DNA from: Bacteroidales bacterium
GTDB taxonomy: Bacteria; Bacteroidota; Bacteroidia; Bacteroidales; JAGOPY01
Length of the DNA: 53,957 nucleotides
NCBI GenBank assembly: GCA_019429045.1
Contig: JAHYJL010000002.1
Span: 1 to 53,957, forward strand
Direction of reading: 5' to 3'
Below are positions 45,591 to 53,957 of the stretch, piece after piece. The notes beneath the pieces were generated by a model that ran no database searches, was not told the DNA's origin, and saw only the letters and a program-made list of their open reading frames with translations. The translations under genes and the position numbers were made by a program. The stretch's first letter is position 1. Each line of letters starts with the position of its first letter.

Positions 45591-47846
45591 TCACTCTCTC
45601 ATCAGATTCAGCGCTGCTCCTGCCCGGAACCAATCAATCTGCTTTTCGTTGTAAGAATGGTTCACCGGAATAGATTCGGTATTGTCATCCTGGTGATGCA
45701 GCACGACTGTCAGCGGTTGGCCGGGCGCCATTTCGGTCAGCCCGGTGATATCGATCACATCATCCTCTCTGATCTTCAGGTAATCAGCCGGATCGGCAAA
45801 TGTAAGCGCCAGCATTCCCTGCTTTTTCAGGTTCGTTTCGTGTATCCGGGCGAAGGAACGTACCAGCACCGCCCTGACGTTCATAAAGCGCGGTTCCATG
45901 GCGGCATGCTCACGCGAAGATCCTTCCCCGTAATTTTCATCCCCGACAACGATAGAACCGACGCCGGACTTCTTATAATGTCTCGCAGTGGCAGGCACTT
46001 CACCATATTCACCGGTAAGCTGGTTTTTTACCAGATTGGTTTTCCCGTTGTAATCGTTCACCGCCCCGATGAGCAGGTTGTTTGAAATATTGTCGAGATG
46101 GCCGCGGTATTTCAACCACGGGCCGGCCATGCTGATATGATCGGTGGTGCATTTGCCGCGCGCTTTGATCAGCAGGCGAAGCCCTTTCAGGTCAGTGCCC
46201 TCCCACGCCGGGAAGGGCTTGAGCAATTGCAGCCGGTCGGACCTTGGATCCACGATCACTTCCACGCTGCTGCTGTCCATAGCAGGCGCCTGATAGCCCG
46301 CATCGCCCACCGCAAAACCGCGGGGCGGAAAATCAAGACCGGTCGGTTCTGCCAACCTGACCTGCTCCCCATCTTCATTGACCAGCGTATCGGTCATGGG
46401 GTTGAATTTCAGCGTGCCGGCAATGGCATATGCCGTTACAATTTCCGGCGAGGCGACAAAGCCATGCGTGTTGGGGTTACCGTCGTTTCGCTTGGCAAAG
46501 TTGCGGTTGAAGGAGGTCATGATGGAATTTTTCTCCTGTTTGTCGGCATTGTGGCGTGCCCACTGGCCGATGCAGGGGCCACAGGCATTGGCCAGCACCA
46601 CCCCGCCGATCTGCTCGAAGATATCGAGCAGTCCATCCCTTTCGGCGGTGTACCTGACCGTTTCCGAGCCCGGGGTAATGGTGAATTCCGACCTGGCTTT
46701 CAATTTTTTATCCAGCGCCAGCTTAGCCACCGATGCGGCACGTGTGATATCTTCGTAAGACGAATTCGTACAGGAACCGATCAGCCCTACTTCCAGCTTG
46801 TCTGGCCAACCATTCTTCTCTACCGCTTTGGCAAACTCCGAAACCGGTGTAGCCAGGTCGGGTGTGAATGGGCCGTTGATATGGGGCTCCAGCTCACTCA
46901 GGTTGATCTCGATCACCTGGTCAAAATATTTTTCAGGAAGCTGGTACACTTCCGCATCGCCGGTCAGGTGCACCTTTACCTGGTTGGCTGCATCAGCCAC
47001 CTCTGCCCTGCCGGTTCCCCGCAGGTACTGTTCCATTTTGCCGTCATACCCGAACAATGAAGTCGTGGCACCGATCTCGGCGCCCATATTGCAGATGGTC
47101 CCTTTACCGGTGCAGGAGATCTCCAGCGCACCCGGTCCGAAGTATTCAAGGATATAACCGGTACCTCCCTTAACGGTAAGGATGCCTGCCACTTTCAGGA
47201 TCACGTCCTTGGGGGATGACCAGCCGCTCAGCTTTCCGGTAAGTTTCACCCCGATCAGTTTCGGGAACTTCAGCTCCCAGGGCATCCCGGCCATTACGTC
47301 CACCGCGTCGGCGCCGCCTACGCCGATGGCCACCATTCCCAATCCACCTGCATTAACTGTATGCGAGTCGGTGCCGATCATCATCCCACCCGGAAAAGCA
47401 TAATTTTCTAAAACCACCTGGTGGATGATCCCTGCACCCGGTTTCCAGAAACCGATGCCGTATTTATTGCTGACAGAAGAAAGAAAATCAAATACCTCCC
47501 GGTTGGCATCCAGTGCCACCTCAAGGTCTTTTTTTGCACCTATCTTAGCCTGAATGAGATGATCACAATGCACGGTACTGGGCACGGCCGCCTTGTTCCG
47601 GCCCGCCTGCATGAACTGCAGCAGCGCCATCTGTGCCGTAGCATCTTGCATGGCCACCCGGTCGGGATCAAAGTTTACGTAATTATCTCCCCTTTTATAG
47701 GGCCCGGGTCCGTTCTCTTCTGATAAATGGGCATATAAAATCTTCTCTGTCAGTGTAAGCGGGCGGCCAAGCAGCTTGCGGGCCTGTTCAATCTTTTCTT
47801 CCAGTCCTGCATATACACGGCGGATCATGTCGGGATCGAAAACCAT
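45591..47846 (-). CDS. acnA: aconitate hydratase (mitochondrial-type, 751 aa)
   Basis: It has Fe-S ligand motifs GSCTNSS and [10 protein letters not shown], plus IGTDSHT and a C-terminal swivel domain. Confidence 0.95.
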   Translation of the reverse strand: MVFDPDMIRRVYAGLEEKIEQARKLLGRPLTLTEKILYAHLSEENGPGPYKRGDNYVNFDPDRVAMQDATAQMALLQFMQAGRNKAAVPSTVHCDHLIQAKIGAKKDLEVALDANREVFDFLSSVSNKYGIGFWKPGAGIIHQVVLENYAFPGGMMIGTDSHTVNAGGLGMVAIGVGGADAVDVMAGMPWELKFPKLIGVKLTGKLSGWSSPKDVILKVAGILTVKGGTGYILEYFGPGALEISCTGKGTICNMGAEIGATTSLFGYDGKMEQYLRGTGRAEVADAANQVKVHLTGDAEVYQLPEKYFDQVIEINLSELEPHINGPFTPDLATPVSEFAKAVEKNGWPDKLEVGLIGSCTNSSYEDITRAASVAKLALDKKLKARSEFTITPGSETVRYTAERDGLLDIFEQIGGVVLANACGPCIGQWARHNADKQEKNSIMTSFNRNFAKRNDGNPNTHGFVASPEIVTAYAIAGTLKFNPMTDTLVNEDGEQVRLAEPTGLDFPPRGFAVGDAGYQAPAMDSSSVEVIVDPRSDRLQLLKPFPAWEGTDLKGLRLLIKARGKCTTDHISMAGPWLKYRGHLDNISNNLLIGAVNDYNGKTNLVKNQLTGEYGEVPATARHYKKSGVGSIVVGDENYGEGSSREHAAMEPRFMNVRAVLVRSFARIHETNLKKQGMLALTFADPADYLKIREDDVIDITGLTEMAPGQPLTVVLHHQDDNTESIPVNHSYNEKQIDWFRAGAALNLMRE

Positions 47847-47855
47847 ATTTGTTAG

Positions 47856-47916
47856 TGTTGAGGTTTAAGGGTTAAGGTTTAAGTTGAGGTTTAAGTTTTA
47901 AGTGTTAAGGTATAAG
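47856..47916 (+). repeat. degenerate heptamer array, GTTTAAG-like, about 8-9 units with one register slip
   Basis: It reads GTGTTGAG GTTTAAG GGTTAAG GTTTAAG TTGAG GTTTAAG TTTTAAG TGTTAAG GTATAAG. It starts 10 nt upstream of the aconitase ATG (47846) in the sense direction. Confidence 0.8.
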
Positions 47917-47931
47917 TGGATTTTTGATTTG

Positions 47932-47939
47932 CAAAAGTA
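47932..47939 (-). promoter_or_regulatory. candidate -7 box (TACTTTTG)
   Basis: Matches TAnnTTTG on the - strand, 85 nt upstream of the aconitase ATG 47846. This would place the 47856-47916 array inside the 5' UTR. Confidence 0.4.
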
Positions 47940-48093
47940 GGGATTTTCCGGTTTAAAGGTTATTAATACGCTTGGGTTTTCAAATATATGGAGGAGGAAT
48001 TTTTAATCTGTCAATACCTGGCTCGCCAATAATGGCAATTTATTTTTATTCTAAATAAAATGCCGTTTTAACCTTTATTAACATCCACAAATA

Positions 48094-48101
48094 TAGATTT
48101 G
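48094..48101 (+). promoter_or_regulatory. candidate -7 box (TAGATTTG)
   Basis: Matches TAnnTTTG, 29 nt upstream of ATG 48131. It supports that start over TTG 48110. Confidence 0.4.
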
Positions 48102-48130
48102 GATTAATTTTGAATGATATTCAGATTATT

Positions 48131-48907
48131 ATGATCAGGTCTCTGCTGTTTTCCCTGTTTACAGCGATGGCGTTTGGCACTTTCTCTCAGAATTATCCTG
48201 CAGATAGGATCTTGGTATCAGGTGATGTCAAAAACATGGAAGGAACACCGGTTTCATATATTCATGTCCTTAACAAGACAAGGAATGAAGGCTCGGTCGG
48301 GGATTATTACGGGCGGTTCTCTATTTCAGTATTTCCTGGGGACACATTGGGGATCTCTTGTGTTTCCTTTCAAGATGCATTGGTGGAGATCCCTTCAGGT
48401 TTTCTACTTTTTCGCTACCACTTATCCATTATTTTAATTGAGGACACAATCGATCTGAAAGAAGTAGTGATTTACCCATGGCCAGCAACAATTGAAAAAC
48501 TGAAAGAAGAAGTGCTGAAACTCGAAATCCGTGATCCGGTAAGTGAAAATATTACTCCCTACCTGCCTACATCGACAGAATTGAGAACGTTAGCGCATCC
48601 AGTTGGAGTCATAATTTCAATGCCCGGTCCTTTTTCGCTTATTTATGACCATTACAGCAAAGAAGCCAGGCGGAAAAAGGCTTATGCCAAAGCGCTTAAC
48701 GAGGAAAAAGCATCAAAAAAGTATAATACTAAGATTATTTCCAGAATTACTGGAATAAATAACGATAATGAAATTGCAAGATTTATCAAGTTTTGCTCCC
48801 TGGAAATCCCATTCATCCTAAATGCGACTGAATATCAACTATATTCTGCAATTCTCGAATGTTTTAATGAATACTGTGAAATTTATCCTGATTTGCTATT
48901 GCACTGA
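48131..48907 (+). CDS. hypothetical secreted protein with carboxypeptidase-regulatory-like N-terminal domain
   Basis: The track start 48110 is TTG. ATG 48131 gives the signal peptide MIRSLLFSLFTAMAFGTFSQ. The segment ILVSGDVKNMEGTPVSYIHVLN...GRFSISVFPGDTL resembles a CarboxypepD_reg-like beta-sandwich. Confidence 0.5.
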   Translation: MIRSLLFSLFTAMAFGTFSQNYPADRILVSGDVKNMEGTPVSYIHVLNKTRNEGSVGDYYGRFSISVFPGDTLGISCVSFQDALVEIPSGFLLFRYHLSIILIEDTIDLKEVVIYPWPATIEKLKEEVLKLEIRDPVSENITPYLPTSTELRTLAHPVGVIISMPGPFSLIYDHYSKEARRKKAYAKALNEEKASKKYNTKIISRITGINNDNEIARFIKFCSLEIPFILNATEYQLYSAILECFNEYCEIYPDLLLH

Positions 48908-48957
48908 ATTACCATTCAATGCTTAAAACATTTCTGTCATTTAATCGTTTTAAGAGC

Positions 48958-50229
48958 ATGAGAATATATATTGTTTCTATAATTTTATTGTTTTCCCTAC
49001 CATTTGCCAGGCAGGTCTCAGCTGCCTACCTGCTGATCCCTATGGACGACACTCAGAAGAACCATTTGAAAGCATATGGCATCGCTTACTGGGCGCTGAC
49101 GCACGATGTGGAGATTTACTGGCTGCTCAATTACCGGGGGGGCAGTTACATGTTTCAGCACAACAAAACCTTTGAAAATGAATGTATCATCCGCGGGGTG
49201 AGCTACCAGGTCATTGCCGATGTGCAATCCTCGGCCATCCTGCGTGAAATCGCAGACCCACAGGTCAATATGGACGCGGTGAAACTGCACAAAGCGCCTA
49301 AAATTGCCGTTTATTCCCCAAAAAATAAACTTCCCTGGGATGATGCCGTTACCCTCGTGCTGACCTACGCTGAAATTCCTTATGATCTTATATATGACAC
49401 TGAAGTGATTGAAGGGCGATTGCCGCTGTATGACTGGCTGCACCTTCACCACGAGGATTTTACCGGACAATATGGTAAGTTCTGGTTTGCTTACCGCAAT
49501 CATCCCTGGTACCAGGAGGATGTCAGGACTAACGAAGAGACCGCCCGAATGCTTGGCTTCTCCAAGGTATGTGAAATGAAGCTGGAAGTTTCAAAGAGGA
49601 TCAGGGAATACGTTTCCGGAGGCGGCTATCTGTTTGCCATGTGCTCGGCACCTGATAGTTATGATGTCGCTCTTTCAGCAGATGGGGTTGATATCTGCGA
49701 TATCATGTTTGATGGGGATCCAATGGACCCGGATGCACAATCGAAGCTGAATTATCATAATTGCTTTGCCTTTACCGATTTTATCATCAGTACGAACCCA
49801 TACGAATATGAAATTTCATCGATTGATGTAACTACAACCAGGCCCAAGCATCTGAAAGAAGGAAATGATTTTTTCACCTTGTTCGAGTTCTCAGCTAAAT
49901 GGGACCCCATTCCAACCATGCTATGCCAGAACCATACACAGGTAATCAGGGGATTCATGGGCCAGACAACAGCATTCAACAAAGACCAGGTCAAAAGCAA
50001 AGTGCTGGTAATGGGGGAAAACAAACCGGCCAATGAAGTGAAATATATCCACGGCGAGTTCGGCAAAGGGTTCTGGACTTTTTACGGAGGGCATGATCCC
50101 GAAGATTATTCTCATCTGGTGGGGGACCCGCCCACTGAACTGGACCTGTACCCTAATTCACCGGGTTATCGCCTGATATTGAACAACATCCTTTTCCCGG
50201 CTGCAAGGCAGCAGAAGAGGAAGACTTGA
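48958..50229 (+). CDS. conserved hypothetical secreted protein
   Basis: The ORF is 48919..50229. ATG 48958 gives the signal peptide MRIYIVSIILLFSLPFARQVSA. The internal GGGYLFAMCSAPD resembles a nucleophile elbow of the class-I glutamine amidotransferase / DJ-1 fold, a weak pattern-only match. Confidence 0.55.
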   Translation: MRIYIVSIILLFSLPFARQVSAAYLLIPMDDTQKNHLKAYGIAYWALTHDVEIYWLLNYRGGSYMFQHNKTFENECIIRGVSYQVIADVQSSAILREIADPQVNMDAVKLHKAPKIAVYSPKNKLPWDDAVTLVLTYAEIPYDLIYDTEVIEGRLPLYDWLHLHHEDFTGQYGKFWFAYRNHPWYQEDVRTNEETARMLGFSKVCEMKLEVSKRIREYVSGGGYLFAMCSAPDSYDVALSADGVDICDIMFDGDPMDPDAQSKLNYHNCFAFTDFIISTNPYEYEISSIDVTTTRPKHLKEGNDFFTLFEFSAKWDPIPTMLCQNHTQVIRGFMGQTTAFNKDQVKSKVLVMGENKPANEVKYIHGEFGKGFWTFYGGHDPEDYSHLVGDPPTELDLYPNSPGYRLILNNILFPAARQQKRKT

Positions 50230-50260
50230 GGGGCATGGGGGCATGGGGGCATGGAGGCGG
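50230..50260 (+). repeat. G-rich octamer array (GGGGCATG)x3 followed by GAGGCGGG
   Basis: Counted directly. It lies between convergent genes that end at 50229 and 50267. It contains four G-runs of at least 3. Confidence 0.95.
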
Positions 50261-50266
50261 GACAAT

Positions 50267-51097
50267 CTATTTTATATATTCAAAAAACTGGTTGTTGTCG
50301 AAATAGAAATAGAACTGGTTGTAACAGCCATTTTCATTTAAATAATCGATATCTCCCGTGGGGATTTTCGCCGCAGGAACGGTAATCTGGCTTAGGCCGC
50401 CTGACATCCAGAAACATTCCACATGATTGATCAATGGTTCCTGAATCGTTAAAGTAAATGCATAACCGTCGGTCGAAGTTCCAGCCGCTGAGCCACTGAC
50501 CAGGAATACATCATCTTCATAGATGGCCGGTGTGGCTGAGCCCTCTTCCCATACAAGCACAAATTCGGCTGTCATCTGAAATCCAAGTGTTTTGGCTGTA
50601 TCCGGCATCATGATGTTGGCTGAAGTAGTTTTCATTGAATATTCAACTTTATTCTGCGAATTAAAACCCAGGTTTTCAATTTCTATGGTGGCTTCGGTTA
50701 AAAAATCATCCACGAAAAGACTGTCGGTTGTGATATACGCTTTCACCCCATTGTTAAAAACCACGCCTGTAAATTCAGCAAGAAATGATCCCCTCCTGAA
50801 CTTATTATCTCCACACAAACGGTTGACAACACCATAACTGAATTTCATGGTATTTTGAGATTGATTGTAAACCACATCGCAAAAATCTATATAGGCATAC
50901 CCAGTTTCATGGACCAGCGTATCATGAATTCCTTTTAAAAATGCATTCACAATTTCAAACAAGGCATCTTCAGCCCTTATGTAATCTTTCGCGGTTAAAA
51001 CATTGGGATTGAAATCTATCTCGGAAGACTGGTCCTTGCAGGAATAGGTTCCAAAGATAAATGGATACAGCAGGATGATATATAACAGCTTTTTCAA
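50267..51097 (-). CDS. hypothetical lipoprotein
   Basis: 276 aa with an apparent TTG start (no in-frame ATG upstream). MKKLLYIILLYPFIFGTYSC is a lipoprotein signal with a lipobox Cys. It is co-directional with folA 22 nt upstream. Confidence 0.6.
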   Translation of the reverse strand: MKKLLYIILLYPFIFGTYSCKDQSSEIDFNPNVLTAKDYIRAEDALFEIVNAFLKGIHDTLVHETGYAYIDFCDVVYNQSQNTMKFSYGVVNRLCGDNKFRRGSFLAEFTGVVFNNGVKAYITTDSLFVDDFLTEATIEIENLGFNSQNKVEYSMKTTSANIMMPDTAKTLGFQMTAEFVLVWEEGSATPAIYEDDVFLVSGSAAGTSTDGYAFTLTIQEPLINHVECFWMSGGLSQITVPAAKIPTGDIDYLNENGCYNQFYFYFDNNQFFEYIK

Positions 51098-51119
51098 AAT
51101 CTTTACAATTTCCTGTTTA

Positions 51120-51629
51120 TTAACTGTCTAAATTAATTTTTATTTTCTCATAAACCAAAAAAGAATAGGAGAAATCGACCGTTTGGTCATTCTCATGATC
51201 TTCCCGTTCGATCAGTTTCCATTGACTGAAGTCAATTTCCGGGAAAAAAGTATCGGCTTCAAAATCCTTATGGACCATTGTCAGGTAGAGCTTGGTTGCA
51301 TAAGGCATGAATTGCCGGTAAACGGAACCGCCGCCGATGATAAAACTCTCGTCATCTTCGTTGCAATAGCTTAGCGCCTCCGGAATTGAATTGACAGTAA
51401 TGCACCCTTCAAATTTTTCGTTCACGTCATCGGTAATCACAATATTTCTGCGGTTTGGCAGCGGCCTGAGCGGCAATGATTCATAGGTGAGCTTGCCCAT
51501 GATCACCTGTTTGCCGGAAGTGATCTTTTTAAATCGTTTCAGGTCATCCGATATATGCCATAACAATTGGTTATTGATCCCGATGGCATAATTAGGGGTA
51601 ATGGCCACAATGATGGATATCTTCTTCAT
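51120..51629 (-). CDS. folA: dihydrofolate reductase
   Basis: 169 aa. It has [33 protein letters not shown] and FIIGGGSVY. Its ATG overlaps the thyA stop (ATGA). Confidence 0.92.
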   Translation of the reverse strand: MKKISIIVAITPNYAIGINNQLLWHISDDLKRFKKITSGKQVIMGKLTYESLPLRPLPNRRNIVITDDVNEKFEGCITVNSIPEALSYCNEDDESFIIGGGSVYRQFMPYATKLYLTMVHKDFEADTFFPEIDFSQWKLIEREDHENDQTVDFSYSFLVYEKIKINLDS

Positions 51630-52420
51630 ACCGATATTTCTCCTTTGATATGCGGGTGGGATTGATAATTCTCCAGTTTGAAATCTTCATAAATAAAATC
51701 GAAGATACTTTTTCTTTCAGGGTTAAGGATCATTTGGGGTAAGGGGAATGGGGTCCGGCTAAGTTGAAGTTTCACCTGGTCAATATGGTTCAGGTAGATA
51801 TGCGCATCGCCAAGTGTATGAATAAATTCGCCGGGATTAAGCCCGGTTACCTGCGCCATCATCATGGTCAGCAGGGCATAGGAGGCGATATTGAACGGCA
51901 CGCCGAGGAAAATATCACAACTTCTTTGGTAGAGCTGGCAGGAGAGCCTGCCATCTGCGACATAAAACTGAAAGAGCAGGTGACAGGGGGGCAGCGCCAT
52001 CCGGTCGAGTTCCCCGACATTCCATGCGCTGACGATATGCCGCCTGGAGTCAGGATTAGTTTTAATAGAAGCAATGACATTGGATATCTGGTCAATCTTC
52101 CGACCGTCAGGTGTGGGCCAGGAGCGCCACTGGTAGCCGTAAATGTGGCCGAGGTCGCCGTTCCCATCCGCCCATTCATCCCAGATGGTCACATTGTTGT
52201 CGTGCAGGTATTTCAGGTTTGTATCCCCCTTCAGGAACCACAATAATTCATGGATGATCGAGCGCAGATGCAACTTTTTAGTGGTCATGACAGGGAATCC
52301 CTGTTCGAGATCAAACCGCATCTGGTATCCGAACACGCTGATAGTTCCGGTACCGGTCCGGTCCGGCTTCTCAACGCCGGTCTTCAAAACATGTTCCAAT
52401 AAATCCAGATATTGCTTCAT
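51626..52420 (-). CDS. thyA: thymidylate synthase
   Basis: 264 aa. It has DRTGTGT, the catalytic [12 protein letters not shown] and [16 protein letters not shown]. Confidence 0.97.
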   Translation of the reverse strand: MKQYLDLLEHVLKTGVEKPDRTGTGTISVFGYQMRFDLEQGFPVMTTKKLHLRSIIHELLWFLKGDTNLKYLHDNNVTIWDEWADGNGDLGHIYGYQWRSWPTPDGRKIDQISNVIASIKTNPDSRRHIVSAWNVGELDRMALPPCHLLFQFYVADGRLSCQLYQRSCDIFLGVPFNIASYALLTMMMAQVTGLNPGEFIHTLGDAHIYLNHIDQVKLQLSRTPFPLPQMILNPERKSIFDFIYEDFKLENYQSHPHIKGEISV

Positions 52421-52438
52421 GATCGTTTACGTTATCCG

Positions 52439-53857
52439 TCAGGAGAAGAGCATGCCGATGATGGTTGCAGACAACAGGGACGCCATCCCTCCTCCCAGCA
52501 ATGCTTTAAAACCGAGCCTCGACAGGTTGAGCTTCTGCCCGGGTGCAAGAGCGCCGATGCCCCCCAGCAAAATGCCGACTGAACCCACATTGGCAAAGCC
52601 ACAGAGCATGTAGGTCACCATGATGATCGATTTCTGCTCAGTAAAAACACCGGCTGTAAGAAGGTCTCTCAGGCTGATGTAGGCGATCATTTCATTCAGG
52701 ATGATCTTTTCACCGAACAACTGCCCCACAAGGGTAATATCCGCCCCGCTGACACCGAGCAGCCAGGTCAGTGGCGCCAGTGCATAGCCCAGCATGAACT
52801 GCATGCTTAAATGTGCATATTGCCCGCCCGAAACGGCCACAATGAATTGGTTAAGGGTAGTCCAGTCGCCCACCTTCATCAGGATGAAATTGACCAGGTA
52901 AACAAAAGCAATGAACACGATCAACATGGCGGCGACATTGACGGCCAGCCGTATCCCCTGCCCTGTCCCGTTGGCAATGGCATCCAGGATGTTAGAGCCT
53001 ACCTTGTCTTTGGTGATACTGATCTCGCTAATGATTGGGTCCGTTTGCGGAACCAGCAGTTTGGCCATCACGATAGCGCCCGGGGCGGCCATCACAGAAG
53101 CCGTGATCAGGTGCTTGGCAAAGAGCAGTTTCCCCTGCGGGTCCTCTCCTCCCAGCAAGCCTATATACACCGCCAGTACCCCGCCGGCGATGGTCGCCAT
53201 CCCTCCTACCATCACCAGCATGATCTCCGACTTATTCATTTTCTCAAGGTACTCCTTGATCAGCAATGGAGATTCGGTCTGGCCCAGGAAAATGTTGCTC
53301 GCCGCCGATAGGCTCTCAGCCCCACTGACACGCAGCGCTTTTGTGAGTAGCCAGGCCAGCCCATAGACCACCTTTTGTATTATACCATAATAAAATAAAA
53401 CACTGGTAAGCGCCGAAAAGAAAATGATCGTGGGGAGAATGCGAAAGGCAAAATTGATCAGGCCGACCTCCATCTGATTGGAAACGAATGATTTGAATAG
53501 AAAATCGCTCCCGGCATTGGAAGAGTCCAGCACCTTGATGAATATCTTCCCGACAAATTCAAAGAAGTACATCACCATCGGGACCTTCAATACCGCCAGG
53601 GCAATCACTACCTGTATGGCCAGTCCGATCAATATGGTCCGCCACCGGATGGCTTTGCGGTTGGAGCTTAAAAAGTAACCCAGGCCGATCAGCACGGCAA
53701 TTCCCAGCAGACCGCGCATGATATTCACCATGTTAATGCCATTATTGGCCACATTGGCTGCGGCGTGCGAGGCAGGAGTAGCCTGCCCGGGTGCAACAAA
53801 TGGCAGAACCAGGAATACGAGTGCGATAAGTATTTTGACAAGTAATCTGTAATGCAT
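52439..53857 (-). CDS. nupC: NupC/NupG-type concentrative nucleoside (CNT) transporter
   Basis: 472 aa polytopic protein. It has FIFGxx-type N-terminal helices, GQTESPLLIKEYL and a C-terminal CGFANVGSVGI motif typical of CNT transporters. Confidence 0.88.
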   Translation of the reverse strand: MHYRLLVKILIALVFLVLPFVAPGQATPASHAAANVANNGINMVNIMRGLLGIAVLIGLGYFLSSNRKAIRWRTILIGLAIQVVIALAVLKVPMVMYFFEFVGKIFIKVLDSSNAGSDFLFKSFVSNQMEVGLINFAFRILPTIIFFSALTSVLFYYGIIQKVVYGLAWLLTKALRVSGAESLSAASNIFLGQTESPLLIKEYLEKMNKSEIMLVMVGGMATIAGGVLAVYIGLLGGEDPQGKLLFAKHLITASVMAAPGAIVMAKLLVPQTDPIISEISITKDKVGSNILDAIANGTGQGIRLAVNVAAMLIVFIAFVYLVNFILMKVGDWTTLNQFIVAVSGGQYAHLSMQFMLGYALAPLTWLLGVSGADITLVGQLFGEKIILNEMIAYISLRDLLTAGVFTEQKSIIMVTYMLCGFANVGSVGILLGGIGALAPGQKLNLSRLGFKALLGGGMASLLSATIIGMLFS

Positions 53858-53957
53858 CTACCGTTTCTTTCTCTTGCTGATTTCATCCCTGATCATGGAC
53901 GCCCTTTCATACTCCTCATTATCGACAGCTTTTTGCAGCATCTCCTCCAACTCGGCA
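53858..53957 (-). CDS. C-terminal 32 codons of a UVR-domain protein (5' part off-window)
   Basis: My reverse-strand translation reads AELEEMLQKAVDNEEYERASMIRDEISKRKKR*, a UVR-type helical hairpin. The TAG stop at 53860-53858 abuts the nupC ATG. The parent family cannot be determined from this fragment; a bifunctional nuclease or other UVR-tailed protein is possible. Confidence 0.5.
   Translation of the reverse strand, partial: AELEEMLQKAVDNEEYERASMIRDEISKRKKR

Noticed and set aside
46098-47060. Long antisense ORFs: 320 aa opposite aconitase, plus 29255..30064 opposite the TPR gene, 36366..37070 opposite E2, 24127..24669 opposite mltG, 34327..34815 opposite the GT2 gene and 11758..12248 opposite E1.
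   Set aside because: Each lies entirely within a strongly supported CDS on the other strand. Their compositions are Arg/Gly/Pro/His-rich and shadow-like, with no recognisable motifs. These are typical shadow frames, not overlapping genes.
47988-48032. 14-codon ORF (MEEEFLICQYLARQ) in the 263-bp acn / 48131 intergenic region, as a possible leader peptide.
   Set aside because: There is no supporting signal. It lies upstream of the -7 box at 48094 on the + strand and has no attenuator-like structure. It cannot be distinguished from chance.

Overview
This window looks like a core chromosomal region of a Bacteroidota genome. The evidence is a 288-aa RpoD without region 1.1, many TAnnTTTG -7 boxes, pyrG-yidC synteny, a PorQ/PorV-like barrel and a 751-aa mitochondrial-type aconitase. 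I call 47 CDS, two of them partial at the window edges, and almost all are housekeeping. They include a Phe/Tyr (homogentisate) catabolic cluster: a PAH-like hydroxylase convergent with hmgA-hppD-fahA-flavin reductase. Others are pcm, an S41 peptidase, a fused E1 alpha/beta and a distant E2 of a 2-oxoacid dehydrogenase, tsaC, yidC, pyrG, a long-form gap, rpoD, htrA, dapF, mltG, recR, glmM, aroE, a DnaQ-like exonuclease, a gapN-like ALDH, recF, acnA, folA-thyA and nupC. I found no rRNA, tRNA, CRISPR array, transposase, integrase or recognisable defence or toxin-antitoxin cassette. The one feature ordinary annotation does not explain is a dense set of short tandem arrays. There are 12 arrays of period 7 and one of period 8. 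All are intergenic, and most end 0-10 nt from a start codon. One pair of perfectly complementary arrays brackets the exonuclease-gapN genes. Further observations are an 18-bp perfect hairpin swallowing the hydroxylase start codon with a -7 box in its loop, uncharacterised flavoproteins around the homogentisate genes, a GT2 fused to a degenerate phosphoglycosyl-transferase module, and a few conserved hypotheticals. All functional calls rest on motif-level reading of the translations. No database search was possible.
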